IMG/VR virus record: IMGVR_UViG_3300020579_000009
Coordinates: 14,748 to 78,747 of that record
Origin: a virus
Reading direction: 5' to 3' (one strand)
Length of the DNA stretch: 64,000 nucleotides
The position numbers were made by a program, and so were the translations under genes. Below are positions 1 to 10,011 of this stretch, piece after piece; within the stretch, counting starts at the first letter, position 1, and each line of letters begins with the position of its first letter. The notes beneath the pieces are model-generated. The model ran no database searches. It saw only the letters and a program-made list of their open reading frames with translations, and was not told the DNA's origin.

Positions 1-1680
1 CTGACGGTTTGACCAGATGATGAGCCCGGTTGGGAGATTCGCCATGCCGTTAAGTTGCCCGTCACCCAAAGGCATCGTCACTGTGTTCAGCGGAGAGAAG
101 CATTCTGGCGGCTGGCCGATGACTGTAGCTTCGATGTTGCTATAGAAAAAGGTTTGGAGATTAGCCACGACTCCATAAACGAGCACTCGCCCTTGGTAGT
201 CTTGACAGAATGCCCCAATGGGCGGAGGAACATTGTAAATTTGCGCAATCTCGCTGGTGAATGGAGGGTTGGGCGGTTCGGAGTTGGCGGTATCGTTGAA
301 TTCCAGTCCCGCAAGCAACGCTGTATTCCCTATCGGGTTGAAGGCATTCCTGCCAATTAGGAAATAAACTGGCTGGCCATCGCCAGTAGCATAGAGTTTT
401 ACGAATCCCTGTGCTGGAGAGGAATTTAGTAATTGCGGATCGTAAACCTGAAAACGCGCTCCGCCAATTCCACCGCCGTTATAAGGGAGATGCAATGTCA
501 TGGAAGTGGCGCTAGCAACCGCCGATATGTAATTCCCTGTAAAGGCGGAACCTTCAACCCAAATAGCCCGTCCAATCCATGCCGATGTGAATGCGGTGCC
601 GACTCCGGTAACGGTGGCGTTGCCGTTCACGACTGTAACCGTTCCGACTTCCACAAGGTCTATGGTTCCGGTTTGGGACGCATACTTCACGAATTGCGAA
701 GCGGGGGAAGGGGCGGAAGTCTCTCCATTTACATCTGCCTCCCAAGCCCATTGATAGGAACGCCCGACTGTTTTGGTGATACCTAGCGTCACCGTTCCAG
801 CTCCGCTCGTAGCTGCTGGCCCTACTTGCACGAAGGTAAAAGTCGAAGCTCCGGTCTTGGTAATTTGAACTGCTACACCTGCCGCTGTGTTGAAAGTGGT
901 ATCGGTCACGCCTGAGATGCCAACATAAACCCCCGTCACCATTCCGGCTGGTAGTGGCGCGGTCGTGGTAATGGTCACGATGTTATTTGCGCGTACTGCT
1001 CCTGTGGGAGCGGCCTGAATCGTTGCCGTAGAGCCAGCTACGAGCGTGATGCTTGGAGAAACGTCAGGCGCATCCAATCCCCAAAACATGAAGAGAGGAG
1101 AAGCCTCGGCAAGCGTGTTTGGCACAGTCTTAGAACGAAATTGCCCATTTGTCTCATAAATAGCATTTCCGATTCTGGTTCTCATCCACGGGCCGTTAAG
1201 AACGGAAAGCGCAAAAGGGAAGTCCGCACTAGGAGATTGACCATTAAACCTATCCCATACTTCATCGAGTGGCTGTACTAGTGTTGCGGCAACCATTCCA
1301 GAAATAGAAAGCGGGTTATTACAAATCCAACGCGGCCAGAATGCGTCATCATTATTGTCGAAGAGTACGCGGTTAACCAAAGTCGCCGGGGAACCAAATC
1401 CAGTCGGGTCCAGGAAGGAATACATGGAAATAATACGATTGCCATTGGCCGTGAATCCACTAGCGGTGGAGTTGAAAAATGGTGCCCAGCGAGCCCTGCG
1501 AATCGTGCCGAACTGCCCGGCGTAGACCTGCGAGGAAGCCGCCCAGAATTGCGGCGTAAGCAAGTCGGGACTGGTGTAGCCGTTATATCCTCCTACAAGG
1601 GAATCCAGCGTAAGGACTCGCGGCCCTGTCTCGTTCTGTGTCTGCTCGAACTCCGCTGGTGCTCTGCGTCTCTCGGCCAT
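1..1680 (-). CDS. Tail nozzle/DNA-stabilisation-like protein, module A (runs off window edge)
   Basis: Not in ORF track because no stop lies in the window. ATG at 1680 gives MAERRRAPAEF...GGYNGYTSPDLLTPQFWAASSQVYAGQFG; near the edge YNVPPPIGAFCQDYQGRVLVYG...LIIWSNRQ matches 44710..47460 (FNVPPPVGAFIKEYQSRLLIYG...LIIWSDKQ). Both ends read in the same frame; the middle was not fully checked. Position follows the adaptor gene. Confidence 0.75.
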   Translation of the reverse strand, partial: MAERRRAPAEFEQTQNETGPRVLTLDSLVGGYNGYTSPDLLTPQFWAASSQVYAGQFGTIRRARWAPFFNSTASGFTANGNRIISMYSFLDPTGFGSPATLVNRVLFDNNDDAFWPRWICNNPLSISGMVAATLVQPLDEVWDRFNGQSPSADFPFALSVLNGPWMRTRIGNAIYETNGQFRSKTVPNTLAEASPLFMFWGLDAPDVSPSITLVAGSTATIQAAPTGAVRANNIVTITTTAPLPAGMVTGVYVGISGVTDTTFNTAAGVAVQITKTGASTFTFVQVGPAATSGAGTVTLGITKTVGRSYQWAWEADVNGETSAPSPASQFVKYASQTGTIDLVEVGTVTVVNGNATVTGVGTAFTSAWIGRAIWVEGSAFTGNYISAVASATSMTLHLPYNGGGIGGARFQVYDPQLLNSSPAQGFVKLYATGDGQPVYFLIGRNAFNPIGNTALLAGLEFNDTANSEPPNPPFTSEIAQIYNVPPPIGAFCQDYQGRVLVYGVVANLQTFFYSNIEATVIGQPPECFSPLNTVTMPLGDGQLNGMANLPTGLIIWSNRQ

Positions 1681-2651
1681 TAGCGTGACCCGCTAGGAGA
1701 AACGGTGTAGCGCAAAAGCCTTTGCGGGAAAGGGCGTACCCTTGCTGGTTCCTGCCGCTGGCGAACCATGATACTGTCGCGCATGGAGTCCAGCTCCGTC
1801 TTGGCTAGAGCCGCCCAAGAAGTGAAGCGCGAATCATTGCCCGGCGTGGACATGAAGTTACGCGTGGCGATGGTCGAAATGACGTTGTGATGCCCATCTG
1901 GAATATCAGGAACGGAACAAAGATTGTAGTTCGTAAGCGCCGGGATTACAGGGTTTGGAGCGGTCAAGAGTGTCAAAGCCGTGTCGCTGGCAATAGCTTT
2001 TACCCGGAACGTTTGGTTGTTCGCACCTTGATTGAAAACCAGTTCCATCCCGATGTCGGTGTCCTGGTCATTGCCGGGCAGGGCGGAAATAAAATCAGCG
2101 GGGACTACTTGCGTGAAGTTCGTCCCTGCTCCCGTGATTGCTGTTCCGGCGCTCGACACCGTGCCGTTGAACACGATGGCCAGCGGCATGAAAATGAAGC
2201 TGTAGGTCACTTCAATCTGCGTGCCTACTGGCAGAGGTTGAGCAAAGAGCACGCTGAACTTGCTGAATAGAATGTAATAGTATGGCCCGCTAGTGGCCGC
2301 TATCTGCGGAGTGATTTGCTGCTGCGCCTGAAAGTCATCGTCGTTCCAGCTGCGCGGCTGACCCTTGCTCCAGTTTGTGTCGCCGGGCTGAAGGATGCGG
2401 AGGCGGTCAATCTGGAAGGCGCGAAGCGAAACAGCGGTATTGAGATTCCCGTTAAAGTTAGCGAGGAAGTCAAACTCTACCGCTGAGGTTGCAACGGTTA
2501 CGATTTTCTGGTCGGTGAAATAGCTGTCCTCAAGCTGGAGGATATAATCCCAAGTCTCTTTGTACGCAGCGTTTACTTCGTCCAGATACTCGGAAATATC
2601 GTAGGACGGATTACGCCGCTGCACTCGCTGGCAAAGAGAAAGGGCATTCAC
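1680..2651 (-). CDS. Head-tail adaptor-like protein, module A
   Basis: Helical N-terminus YDISEYLDEVNAAY, C-terminal PDIPDGHHNVI typical of adaptors; paralog of 47460..48473; position before nozzle. Confidence 0.65.
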   Translation of the reverse strand: MNALSLCQRVQRRNPSYDISEYLDEVNAAYKETWDYILQLEDSYFTDQKIVTVATSAVEFDFLANFNGNLNTAVSLRAFQIDRLRILQPGDTNWSKGQPRSWNDDDFQAQQQITPQIAATSGPYYYILFSKFSVLFAQPLPVGTQIEVTYSFIFMPLAIVFNGTVSSAGTAITGAGTNFTQVVPADFISALPGNDQDTDIGMELVFNQGANNQTFRVKAIASDTALTLLTAPNPVIPALTNYNLCSVPDIPDGHHNVISTIATRNFMSTPGNDSRFTSWAALAKTELDSMRDSIMVRQRQEPARVRPFPQRLLRYTVSPSGSR

Positions 2652-2657
2652 TCACTG

Positions 2658-3275
2658 TTACCTCTTGGGTGCCGTTAGTTCCGCCATGCGTTTCTCGACT
2701 TCCGCAGCGACAAGCTGAGAAATCTGCGCGGGGTCGGGCTGGATAATCTGGATGTTTGCCGGAACCTGCGCGGCGGGACGGTTCACCACTTCCGGTCGCG
2801 CCATTCCGAGGATGTCGTAGCATTCCTGCTCGTAGGTAGTGGGACTCCAGCGCCCCGGCCCACCCTGCATCTTCACGCGGAACTGCAATTCAAAAGCCTC
2901 TACCACTTTCTTCCTGAAAACAAGATTCCGCTTCTTGCCTTCGGCGGCCAGTATTTCCATCTCTTTTTCTGACGTATGGTCGCTGTTGCAGAACATCAAG
3001 CCCACAGGATAGAACGTGCCATTGAACTCCATGCCCTTGTCGCGGCAGATGCGCGTGGCCAGTTCGCGGGCGGAGATGGTGATTTCCTTCTGGTCGGCTT
3101 CCTTGTCCACCCAGCTTGTAACGTAGGTGTCCTTGTAAAAACCATCAGGGTCAAGCGCCGTCCAAGCCCCAGCAGATAGCGGAACCTGAATGCGATAGGC
3201 TTGAACGTAATCGACCAAAAACCCCTGGTCGCCTCGCTTCGGAAAATCTTCTGGACTCCAAATTGCCCACGGCAT
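2658..3275 (-). CDS. Hypothetical virion-module protein
   Basis: Paralog of 49242..49868 (MPWAIWS/MPYWIYS; PTTYEQECY/PTPYEDLCY). Confidence 0.7.
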   Translation of the reverse strand: MPWAIWSPEDFPKRGDQGFLVDYVQAYRIQVPLSAGAWTALDPDGFYKDTYVTSWVDKEADQKEITISARELATRICRDKGMEFNGTFYPVGLMFCNSDHTSEKEMEILAAEGKKRNLVFRKKVVEAFELQFRVKMQGGPGRWSPTTYEQECYDILGMARPEVVNRPAAQVPANIQIIQPDPAQISQLVAAEVEKRMAELTAPKR

Positions 3276-3610
3276 TATTTTGTTCCTTTCTCTTCAAATG
3301 GCATCCATGCTGGTTTCGGTGGCCCTTGATTGGCTACCGTCACGGTGTCGGCAATCTTGTCATTCAGGGCGATGCCGTCCGATTCTTCCATCTTGTCCTG
3401 CCCGTAGACCACGACACTGAACTTTGCACGCATATCTTCCGTCCGCATGGGAGGCGTGGTATAGGTTTTGGCGCTGGGCGCTCCGGCGATGAAGGCTCCG
3501 TCTTTCTTCCAGAGATACTTGTAAGGAGCAACGAGGTCGGTATCGACGGCAAACGTCGCCATCGTGCCGGGAACTGCCGCTGGTGTGGTGCTAATTACTT
3601 TGGTTGCCAT
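3275..3610 (-). CDS. Ig-like domain protein
   Basis: YKYLWKKDGAFIAGA...TYTTPP...D...FSVVV resembles an immunoglobulin I-set pattern. Confidence 0.55.
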   Translation of the reverse strand: MATKVISTTPAAVPGTMATFAVDTDLVAPYKYLWKKDGAFIAGAPSAKTYTTPPMRTEDMRAKFSVVVYGQDKMEESDGIALNDKIADTVTVANQGPPKPAWMPFEEKGTK

Positions 3611-3965
3611 AAACCCTTTCCCATGCTTCGGCGTAAGAGCGGCTGTACCCTACCCGGCTTTCGCTGAGATGCAACCCAGCCCGTACTACCCGCTCCGCTC
3701 CGTCCATGTAGCTGTCGGTCATTTCATCGGCCTTGCGCTTGTTGTAGTCCTCGCGTTCCTTTTTGTAGAAGTTCACAAGCTCTGCCGCTGAACTCGTTTC
3801 CCGGTTGCCCACGGAAAGAATCTGTAAGTCACGTTCCGTGACGCCCGGTCCTTCGGTCGTGCGGGCTACATAGTCCTTGCCCGTCACGTCCTTGCCAATT
3901 AAGTCGAGCTTGCCATCAGAACGCTTTTTTGGCTTGAGCTTCCAAGACTCAGGAAGCGCGGCCAT
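3591..3965 (-). CDS. Hypothetical protein
   Basis: Tightly packed ORF in the late operon. Confidence 0.6.
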   Translation of the reverse strand: MAALPESWKLKPKKRSDGKLDLIGKDVTGKDYVARTTEGPGVTERDLQILSVGNRETSSAAELVNFYKKEREDYNKRKADEMTDSYMDGAERVVRAGLHLSESRVGYSRSYAEAWERVYGNQSN

Positions 3966-4204
3966 CAGGCGACCTGGTACAAACCTTGGAGCGGCGATTC
4001 GGCAGCCGCGAAGTCAAAGTTCGTGGTCGTGCCCGCAGCAGCAGCTAGCGCCGTTGAGAGAGCCGCGTTCTGTGCCGCCGTCAGTTCCATGTCCACAAGA
4101 ATGGACTGGTTCGGAAGCGTGCCTGTCCAGACCTGTAAACGGCAAGCGCCGCTGGCGCTGACGAGGTTCGTGCAAACTAGCCTTGTTGCAACCAAAGTCG
4201 CCAT
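3965..4204 (-). CDS. Small putative structural protein
   Basis: SD AAGGAG upstream; paralog of 50134..50361. Confidence 0.65.
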   Translation of the reverse strand: MATLVATRLVCTNLVSASGACRLQVWTGTLPNQSILVDMELTAAQNAALSTALAAAAGTTTNFDFAAAESPLQGLYQVA

Positions 4205-4216
4205 CTGATTCTCCTT

Positions 4217-4672
4217 TTAACCGATTCGAGCAAAAACGTTAAATCCTGTTGCCGTGCCGAGCGTTACGGTCAAAAAATTCAGCCGCATTTTCCCGTTACC
4301 ACCCAACCCTGAAACATCTAAAGCAATGGGTATATTATTCGTCGAAGATTCGAAAGCAATTCCTGAATAAGGTGATAACCCCGCTGCTGCGCCACTTACC
4401 GGAGTGAGCTTATTGAAAATGCCGAATACCGGAGTGAATGCCGGAATCCCTTCTGGAACAATGGCTGCTTCAAGCTGCCCCACTACCGAAGTCAGCGTTC
4501 CGGCAATAGGGATAGGAACAACCTGCACAAGCAAGACGCCGCGATAGTTCGAGGACTGAGGAATAATCCCGAACGGCGCTTGTGCTCCCGTCGTCTGAAT
4601 GTTGCTGTAGAGCCACTCATCCACGCCAAGGCGCAGAGTGAAGCTCGTTATCCCTGGACTGTTTGCTGGCAT
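4217..4672 (-). CDS. Putative beta-rich capsid-associated protein
   Basis: RGVLLVQV matches QGVLIVQV of 50361..50774. Confidence 0.6.
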   Translation of the reverse strand: MPANSPGITSFTLRLGVDEWLYSNIQTTGAQAPFGIIPQSSNYRGVLLVQVVPIPIAGTLTSVVGQLEAAIVPEGIPAFTPVFGIFNKLTPVSGAAAGLSPYSGIAFESSTNNIPIALDVSGLGGNGKMRLNFLTVTLGTATGFNVFARIG

Positions 4673-5017
4673 TTAGTGTCCAAAAGCGCAGATGAGCGTC
4701 TTTACCGCCGTGACGTTGGTGGTGTTGGCCACTTCAAGTCCTGTAGAACTGACGGCGAAGCCAAGATTCCCAGTGGCACTGAAAATTATAGAGTAAGTTG
4801 CTACTTGCCCATCTGCCCAGATACCAACCGGGCCGAACACCGGAGGAATCTGTAACTGGAAATCGGAAGTAGCCGCGTAAGTGTTGAAAAAGAAAGTCGA
4901 GGCAGGAAGCGCATATCCGCCAGTTGGATAGCTAGCATCGCCGTCCACTTCCACGATGGCGAAGAACTCGGACGCGCCCCAAGCCCATTTGTATTTCGGA
5001 ATGATTGTCAGAGCCAT
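4673..5017 (-). CDS. Putative capsid decoration protein
   Basis: DASYPTGGY motif; paralog 51193..51564 has DNSYPAGGY; lies just downstream of MCP. Confidence 0.6.
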   Translation of the reverse strand: MALTIIPKYKWAWGASEFFAIVEVDGDASYPTGGYALPASTFFFNTYAATSDFQLQIPPVFGPVGIWADGQVATYSIIFSATGNLGFAVSSTGLEVANTTNVTAVKTLICAFGH

Positions 5018-5020
5018 CCG

Positions 5021-5209
5021 TTACTTCCCTTCTTCCGGGTTGTACTCCACGTCGTCGGATTTGAGCCCGCCGTTGATGGTGTTGCTGAACGAATCGTCCA
5101 GGTCATCCATCGCCTGTTTCAAGGCTTTGGAAGCCTGCCCGCCAAGTTCAGGAACCTGCCCCGTAATCGAAGTCCCGTCGCCGCTGGTATTCACTTTCCC
5201 CATTGCCAT
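5021..5209 (-). CDS. Small acidic hypothetical protein
   Basis: SD AAGGAG, packed in operon. Confidence 0.6.
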   Translation of the reverse strand: MAMGKVNTSGDGTSITGQVPELGGQASKALKQAMDDLDDSFSNTINGGLKSDDVEYNPEEGK

Positions 5210-5215
5210 TCTCCT

Positions 5216-5392
5216 TTAGGGCTTTGCCCGATCTTTCACCATGTCTCTTGTGTCGGACACATCAGGGCCATCTGATTCCGCTGCCTTGTCCGTGACGCTG
5301 AGTGATCCCATACGGCGGAGCGCTTCTGCTGCTGCGTCTTTCGCTCCGCCGTCAGGATCAGCACCGTAAATGTCCTTGTTGCACTTAGCCAT
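5216..5392 (-). CDS. Small disordered protein after MCP (58 aa, not in ORF track)
   Basis: Translated by hand: MAKCNKDIYGADPDGGAKDAAAEALRRMG...; N-terminus resembles 51564..51794. Confidence 0.65.
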   Translation of the reverse strand: MAKCNKDIYGADPDGGAKDAAAEALRRMGSLSVTDKAAESDGPDVSDTRDMVKDRAKP

Positions 5393-5394
5393 TT

Positions 5395-6687
5395 TTAGTA
5401 GCCAGCCGGAACGCTCAAGCCAACGACTGCGGTGTTGGCGTTCGGGAAATAGGCTCCTAGGTTTCCACGGAACTCCAGATAGGCCACAAATGCATCGTTG
5501 TAGCCGCCCGTGGTAGTCGGCACGCGGTTCAGAATCGAACCTGTCCGGTCATCAAAGCTAAGTTTCCGCGCCGTGACCTTGAGCAAGGATTCCTTGTTCA
5601 CGAAATACAGTGTGTCGCGCGGGGCGTCCGTGTCGATGACCCAGGGGATGCCTTCAAACTCATAGGCGGTGTAGCCCAAGTCCATCTTCATGGCCGTGCC
5701 GTTGAACTGCTTGAGCGTCCAGCCCATGTCGGCATAGGCGTGAAGTTGGCTGCCGTGGCTCCAGATGCGGAGCTTCGACAGGTCAACCGCGCCGCGAACT
5801 TGCTGAATCGTCCAGATGCCGCGCCGGAGGAAATCACGGGTTAGGGCAGGCGTCCCGGCCAGCGTAATGACGTTGGCGTTGTACTGCGGATTGGCTGCCC
5901 GGTTAATGTTCTGGAAGTTGGCCGCGAACGTGCCGTTGTCGACGATGACCTTAAGGCCCGCCATCGCCTTGTTGAAAGAGCCCGAAGAAATGATGGCATC
6001 GCCTGATACTAGTACGCCAGCCGCAGAAGCCGGGCCGACTACGATAGTGACCGCGCCGCCTGCCGCCGTCAGGTTCGTTGTGCCAGCCACGCCTAAAAGG
6101 TTCGAGACGGACACGATGGTTGCCGTGCCCTTGACGGTGTTGACCGTGCCAGTAAGGAAGTCCACTGTCAGGCCGGGACGCAAATAACGCGCACCGTCTC
6201 CCAACCCCGTCACGTCCACAGTGGTGTTGGCAACCGTCGAGAGGGTGACGCCAGCGCCGACTTTGGCAAGAGTGCCGGAGCCGTCGAGGAAGGAATACCA
6301 GTTCAGTTCCTTGATGGCATCCACGACGCCGTTGCGGACGTTAAAGGCAAGGGACTTCACATAGTTGGTAGCGTCTCCGCCACCGCCTGCGTCGAGCGCC
6401 GCCCCGGTAAACTGAATGGGCTTGACGTAGCTGTAGAAGCCCACGATGGCGCGGTTCACGCGCTGGGAGTCGCCAGCCGGAAGCGCTCCGCCATCGCCAT
6501 ACCATGCGTGCTGGCCGTTACCTGCCATGTGGACGGGGATTTCTAGTCCACGGTTCGAAATCATGGTGCCCGCGCCTTCGAATACATCGTTCCAAAGGAC
6601 GGCGGCGGTATTGAACTGTTTTTCTACGCGAGGATTGAAAACGACCTTGAAAATCGGGTCTGCTGCGGACAAATCGAATTGTGCCAC
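5395..6687 (-). CDS. Major capsid protein, module A (HK97-fold likely)
   Basis: 430 aa after scaffold; C-terminal FEGIPWVIDTDAP...AYLEFRGNLG...PNAN pattern; GTG start; paralog 51805..53085. Confidence 0.85.
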   Translation of the reverse strand: MAQFDLSAADPIFKVVFNPRVEKQFNTAAVLWNDVFEGAGTMISNRGLEIPVHMAGNGQHAWYGDGGALPAGDSQRVNRAIVGFYSYVKPIQFTGAALDAGGGGDATNYVKSLAFNVRNGVVDAIKELNWYSFLDGSGTLAKVGAGVTLSTVANTTVDVTGLGDGARYLRPGLTVDFLTGTVNTVKGTATIVSVSNLLGVAGTTNLTAAGGAVTIVVGPASAAGVLVSGDAIISSGSFNKAMAGLKVIVDNGTFAANFQNINRAANPQYNANVITLAGTPALTRDFLRRGIWTIQQVRGAVDLSKLRIWSHGSQLHAYADMGWTLKQFNGTAMKMDLGYTAYEFEGIPWVIDTDAPRDTLYFVNKESLLKVTARKLSFDDRTGSILNRVPTTTGGYNDAFVAYLEFRGNLGAYFPNANTAVVGLSVPAGY

Positions 6688-6704
6688 TTGAGCCTGCTAG
6701 GCCG

Positions 6705-7586
6705 CTATTTGTATGCCGATTTCAGTTCTGAGTCGGAGATATTGCCCCAGATGGGGTCGTGCCCGTGGCCCTCTTGTTTCGAGGACGCGCTGCCGTTTAC
6801 GTTATCGGCGGCAGCGGGAATCTCTCTTACGCCGTTCGCTTCCACTGTGGAGCGGCGGGTATGCTCGGCATTCGATGCGGCTTTGGTTTCAGCAGTAACG
6901 AGGCCAGAAGCCTTCGAGAAGTAGGTCGGCACATCCACGTAGACGCCAGCGGCTATCCGGTCACGGGCCTTTGCATCTCCCCAGAGCATTTCATTCGTTT
7001 TCAGCCGGATATAGTCTCTATCCTTCTGCGAAACAGATTCAGGGAGCTTCGCCAGCAGACCATCCACGGACACCTTATAACCTTCTGAGATTGCCGTCTG
7101 CCTGCGTGCGGACTCTTCCTGATTCTCTTTCTGAATGAACCTGTCCAGTTTGGCCTCGATTGCGGTGAGTCGCGGGTCAACTGCGGGTGCCGAATCAGCA
7201 GTTCTGCTCGAACTGCCGTTCGCGCTGCCATTGCGGACTTCGGCGGGGAGACGGTTAAACCAGCGGTCGGATACTCGCTCCAGCAGTTGCTTATGCAACG
7301 CCGGATTGTTCTTCTCAATTTCATCGAGCAATAGGTCAGGATTATTTTCGAGAAGTGCGGGCAGGTTATCAAGAGCAGTTTTGGCTGCCTTGAACTCCGC
7401 TGCGGTAGCCGGAGTAATGCCCATATCGACCAGTGATTTATACGCCTCTACGTCTGCTTCCGTGAACTGAGGTTTCGTTTCCACGGTTTCCGCCGTGGTC
7501 GTTGCCGCAGTTGTTTCAGTAGAGGTAGCGGTGGTCTGCTGAGTCGCTGCGGTCTCTAGTTCGGTGAAAGTCAGATTACCTTCCAT
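6705..7586 (-). CDS. Scaffolding protein, module A
   Basis: Low-complexity N-terminus, coiled coil, between portal and MCP; paralog 53105..53965. Confidence 0.7.
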   Translation of the reverse strand: MEGNLTFTELETAATQQTTATSTETTAATTTAETVETKPQFTEADVEAYKSLVDMGITPATAAEFKAAKTALDNLPALLENNPDLLLDEIEKNNPALHKQLLERVSDRWFNRLPAEVRNGSANGSSSRTADSAPAVDPRLTAIEAKLDRFIQKENQEESARRQTAISEGYKVSVDGLLAKLPESVSQKDRDYIRLKTNEMLWGDAKARDRIAAGVYVDVPTYFSKASGLVTAETKAASNAEHTRRSTVEANGVREIPAAADNVNGSASSKQEGHGHDPIWGNISDSELKSAYK

Positions 7587-7629
7587 GCTGTTCCTTGTAG
7601 ACTACAAACAAGCGATAGTCAAGACAATT

Positions 7630-10011
7630 TCATCCGTTGCGTCCGTTGCGCCTTCTTTGCTGCGCGGAGTGAGACTGTCCGCGAGGGCCAGTATGGTGTT
7701 GGTTGCCTCCTGATGGCTGCGGCTGATGGGGTTTCATGGCATTGCCTTTTTGCTGTCCGGCAACCTGCCGCTGCTGTGGAGAAGTCTGTTCGGCGGGTTT
7801 CCCGCCTTGCTGTGGCGTACCTCCGGCTTCCTGTCCCGCTCCCTGAATAGCCCCTTGAATCTGCGCCATCTTCTGCATATTCAGCAGATGTTTGTGCAGA
7901 TGGTCTTGCGCTCCGGCCTTCACTTGCGGCGGTTGGTCGTCCCAATCGTCCGACTTCATCCAGTCCGTGAGCGTCTGGATATGCACAGGGTCATTGTCGC
8001 GGGCAAGCATGGGGTCGGGGAATTGGCCCGTAGCTTTTGCTCCCTGAATCTCTTTGGTCTGCACTTTCGAGTCCCGCGAGTTCGGGCTTAGGTCAGGAGA
8101 AAGCTGATACAACTCCAAGACTTTGTTCTGTACTGCTTGCGGTAGTTGCGGATTGAATGCTCCGGCTGAAATCGCTTGCACGAGATTCTGCTGCTTAGAT
8201 GGGTCGAGCGGAACGATTCTGGCCACCCACCGAATACCATCGAGTTTCAACATCTCTCCGCGCAGCATCTTAAATTCCCACTGTCCATTTTGTCCCATTG
8301 TGGCTTGCACGCGGTCATCGAGCCAGTTTTCTGCGGCCAGTTTCGTCATCTGCATAGCCCAGAGTTCGTTTTCTTCCTTGTACATAAGCTGCAAGGGCGC
8401 AAGCATTCCTTGCGCTTGAGCGGCTGCTGTTTGCTGCCCGCCAAAAGTATTGATACCCGTTTCGTGCTGGCCGATTGCTGCGGGAGAAACGCCGGAATGG
8501 AACGTCATATCCTGCAAGCGGGTGTTTTTCCATTGCCAAACGTCAGAGGAAATCTGCCCTCCGGGGTGCCATTTCACGGCTTGGTCGATGTTTCTTTGCC
8601 CCAGGTTCTTGCACTCAATCATGTAGCCGCCGTCGCGGATGATGTTGTTCTTATCGATTTTCTGCGTGTCGGCTAGAAGCAGAGGCATGGTGTTGTAATC
8701 GACGTGGCGCATCAGCATGCGGTCGCATTCATCGAATTGCATCTGTAGAGGAATCAAATCGTCGTCGCCGTCGCCCCAGAATCTTCCTTCGACGTGGATG
8801 TGTTTGAAATGCGTCCAGTGGTCGTCCATCGACTCGTTACGCGTTTCAAGCAGGCAGTCATCGGCTTTCCCGGCATACATTCCAACCGGAAACAGCTTCC
8901 TCATCTCATCATCAAAGAAGTATTGGCTTGGCCGAATCCAGCCTTGAATCAGAATCTTTTTCTGCTGCGCTACCGCCCGTTCATACCAACCCGGATATTG
9001 CGTCGGGTCGCTCGGCAAATCAGGAATGGCTTCCTGGTAGACAAGTCCGATGTCCTCGCTGACGTTCACGCCTTCGCCCGCCGACTGCATCCCGCCGAAT
9101 TTGGCTTTCGGGAAATTCGCATGGAGCGCCACGGAATCAACCATCCGTACACGTAGAAACTCCGGCGCTTCTCTTAGCGTCTTGACACTAGAACGGACGT
9201 AAGCCTCGAACGGCCAAACCACTTCGCAGATTTCTTGTCCTTTGGGGTAGGCTACTTTTCCTTTCATCTGCGGGACTTGGGCCGTTTGTGGCGGAGTGTT
9301 TATAGGTGGTGCGGGAGCATCCGGCCCACAGGCAGGGCAGACCTGCGCTTGCCCTTCGCCCTGTAACTGACAGACCGGGCATTGCCAACTGCCTTCGCTG
9401 ATTTGCACTTCGACATCTTCGTAGACTGGCTGGGTAAAAAAACCGTATCTTGGATCAACGGAATAATAGTTGTACCGGAAGGAGTTTCCAAAGAGACGAA
9501 GGTTAGTTGCCTCGCGCGCCCGAATTGCATCATAGCCAATATTTTCTTTCTGTATGTCCAGTGAAGCCCTAGCCGCCGCTGCAATGCCTTGAGATTCCGC
9601 ATCAGGGCTGGTCGGTTGAGCAATAAACTCCGGGGCCGTCTGGACGTACATGGCTGCGCCATAGCGGATATAGCTCCTGTAGTAGTTCGAAGCGAACCCA
9701 TACTCAGCGGAATTTACGCCAATGCTGTCGAAGGAAAACCCGATGTCGGAAAGAACGGAATCATGGTAGCCAGTGAAGAACAGGTGATTGCGGAACCACT
9801 TCCGATGGAGTTGCAATTTCTCGTACTGTAGCTGCCAGTAGCGCTGGTCGAGCATCCATTTAATTCGTTCCTCAATGGGCCGTCCCCACGGGTAGGACGG
9901 AAGGATTGCCCGTTTGTCCTGCTTTTCCTGTTTGTCGCGGACAAGCGAATCGCTACCCCCCTTGAACATCGAGGTAACTTTCTGCATTATTCCGCTGACT
10001 GTTCCGCCCAC
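7630..10011 (-). CDS. Portal protein, module A, with double-CxxC insert
   Basis: 793 aa between TerL and scaffold; Q/P-rich C-terminus like P22-type portals; CPVC...CPAC; paralog 54018..56483. Confidence 0.8.
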   Translation of the reverse strand: MGGTVSGIMQKVTSMFKGGSDSLVRDKQEKQDKRAILPSYPWGRPIEERIKWMLDQRYWQLQYEKLQLHRKWFRNHLFFTGYHDSVLSDIGFSFDSIGVNSAEYGFASNYYRSYIRYGAAMYVQTAPEFIAQPTSPDAESQGIAAAARASLDIQKENIGYDAIRAREATNLRLFGNSFRYNYYSVDPRYGFFTQPVYEDVEVQISEGSWQCPVCQLQGEGQAQVCPACGPDAPAPPINTPPQTAQVPQMKGKVAYPKGQEICEVVWPFEAYVRSSVKTLREAPEFLRVRMVDSVALHANFPKAKFGGMQSAGEGVNVSEDIGLVYQEAIPDLPSDPTQYPGWYERAVAQQKKILIQGWIRPSQYFFDDEMRKLFPVGMYAGKADDCLLETRNESMDDHWTHFKHIHVEGRFWGDGDDDLIPLQMQFDECDRMLMRHVDYNTMPLLLADTQKIDKNNIIRDGGYMIECKNLGQRNIDQAVKWHPGGQISSDVWQWKNTRLQDMTFHSGVSPAAIGQHETGINTFGGQQTAAAQAQGMLAPLQLMYKEENELWAMQMTKLAAENWLDDRVQATMGQNGQWEFKMLRGEMLKLDGIRWVARIVPLDPSKQQNLVQAISAGAFNPQLPQAVQNKVLELYQLSPDLSPNSRDSKVQTKEIQGAKATGQFPDPMLARDNDPVHIQTLTDWMKSDDWDDQPPQVKAGAQDHLHKHLLNMQKMAQIQGAIQGAGQEAGGTPQQGGKPAEQTSPQQRQVAGQQKGNAMKPHQPQPSGGNQHHTGPRGQSHSAQQRRRNGRNG

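Noticed and set aside
6688-6704. Scaffold-MCP stop-codon readthrough fusion
   Set aside because: Gaps are 17 nt (A) and 19 nt (B), out of frame in different ways; GTG/TTG starts explain the ORFs.
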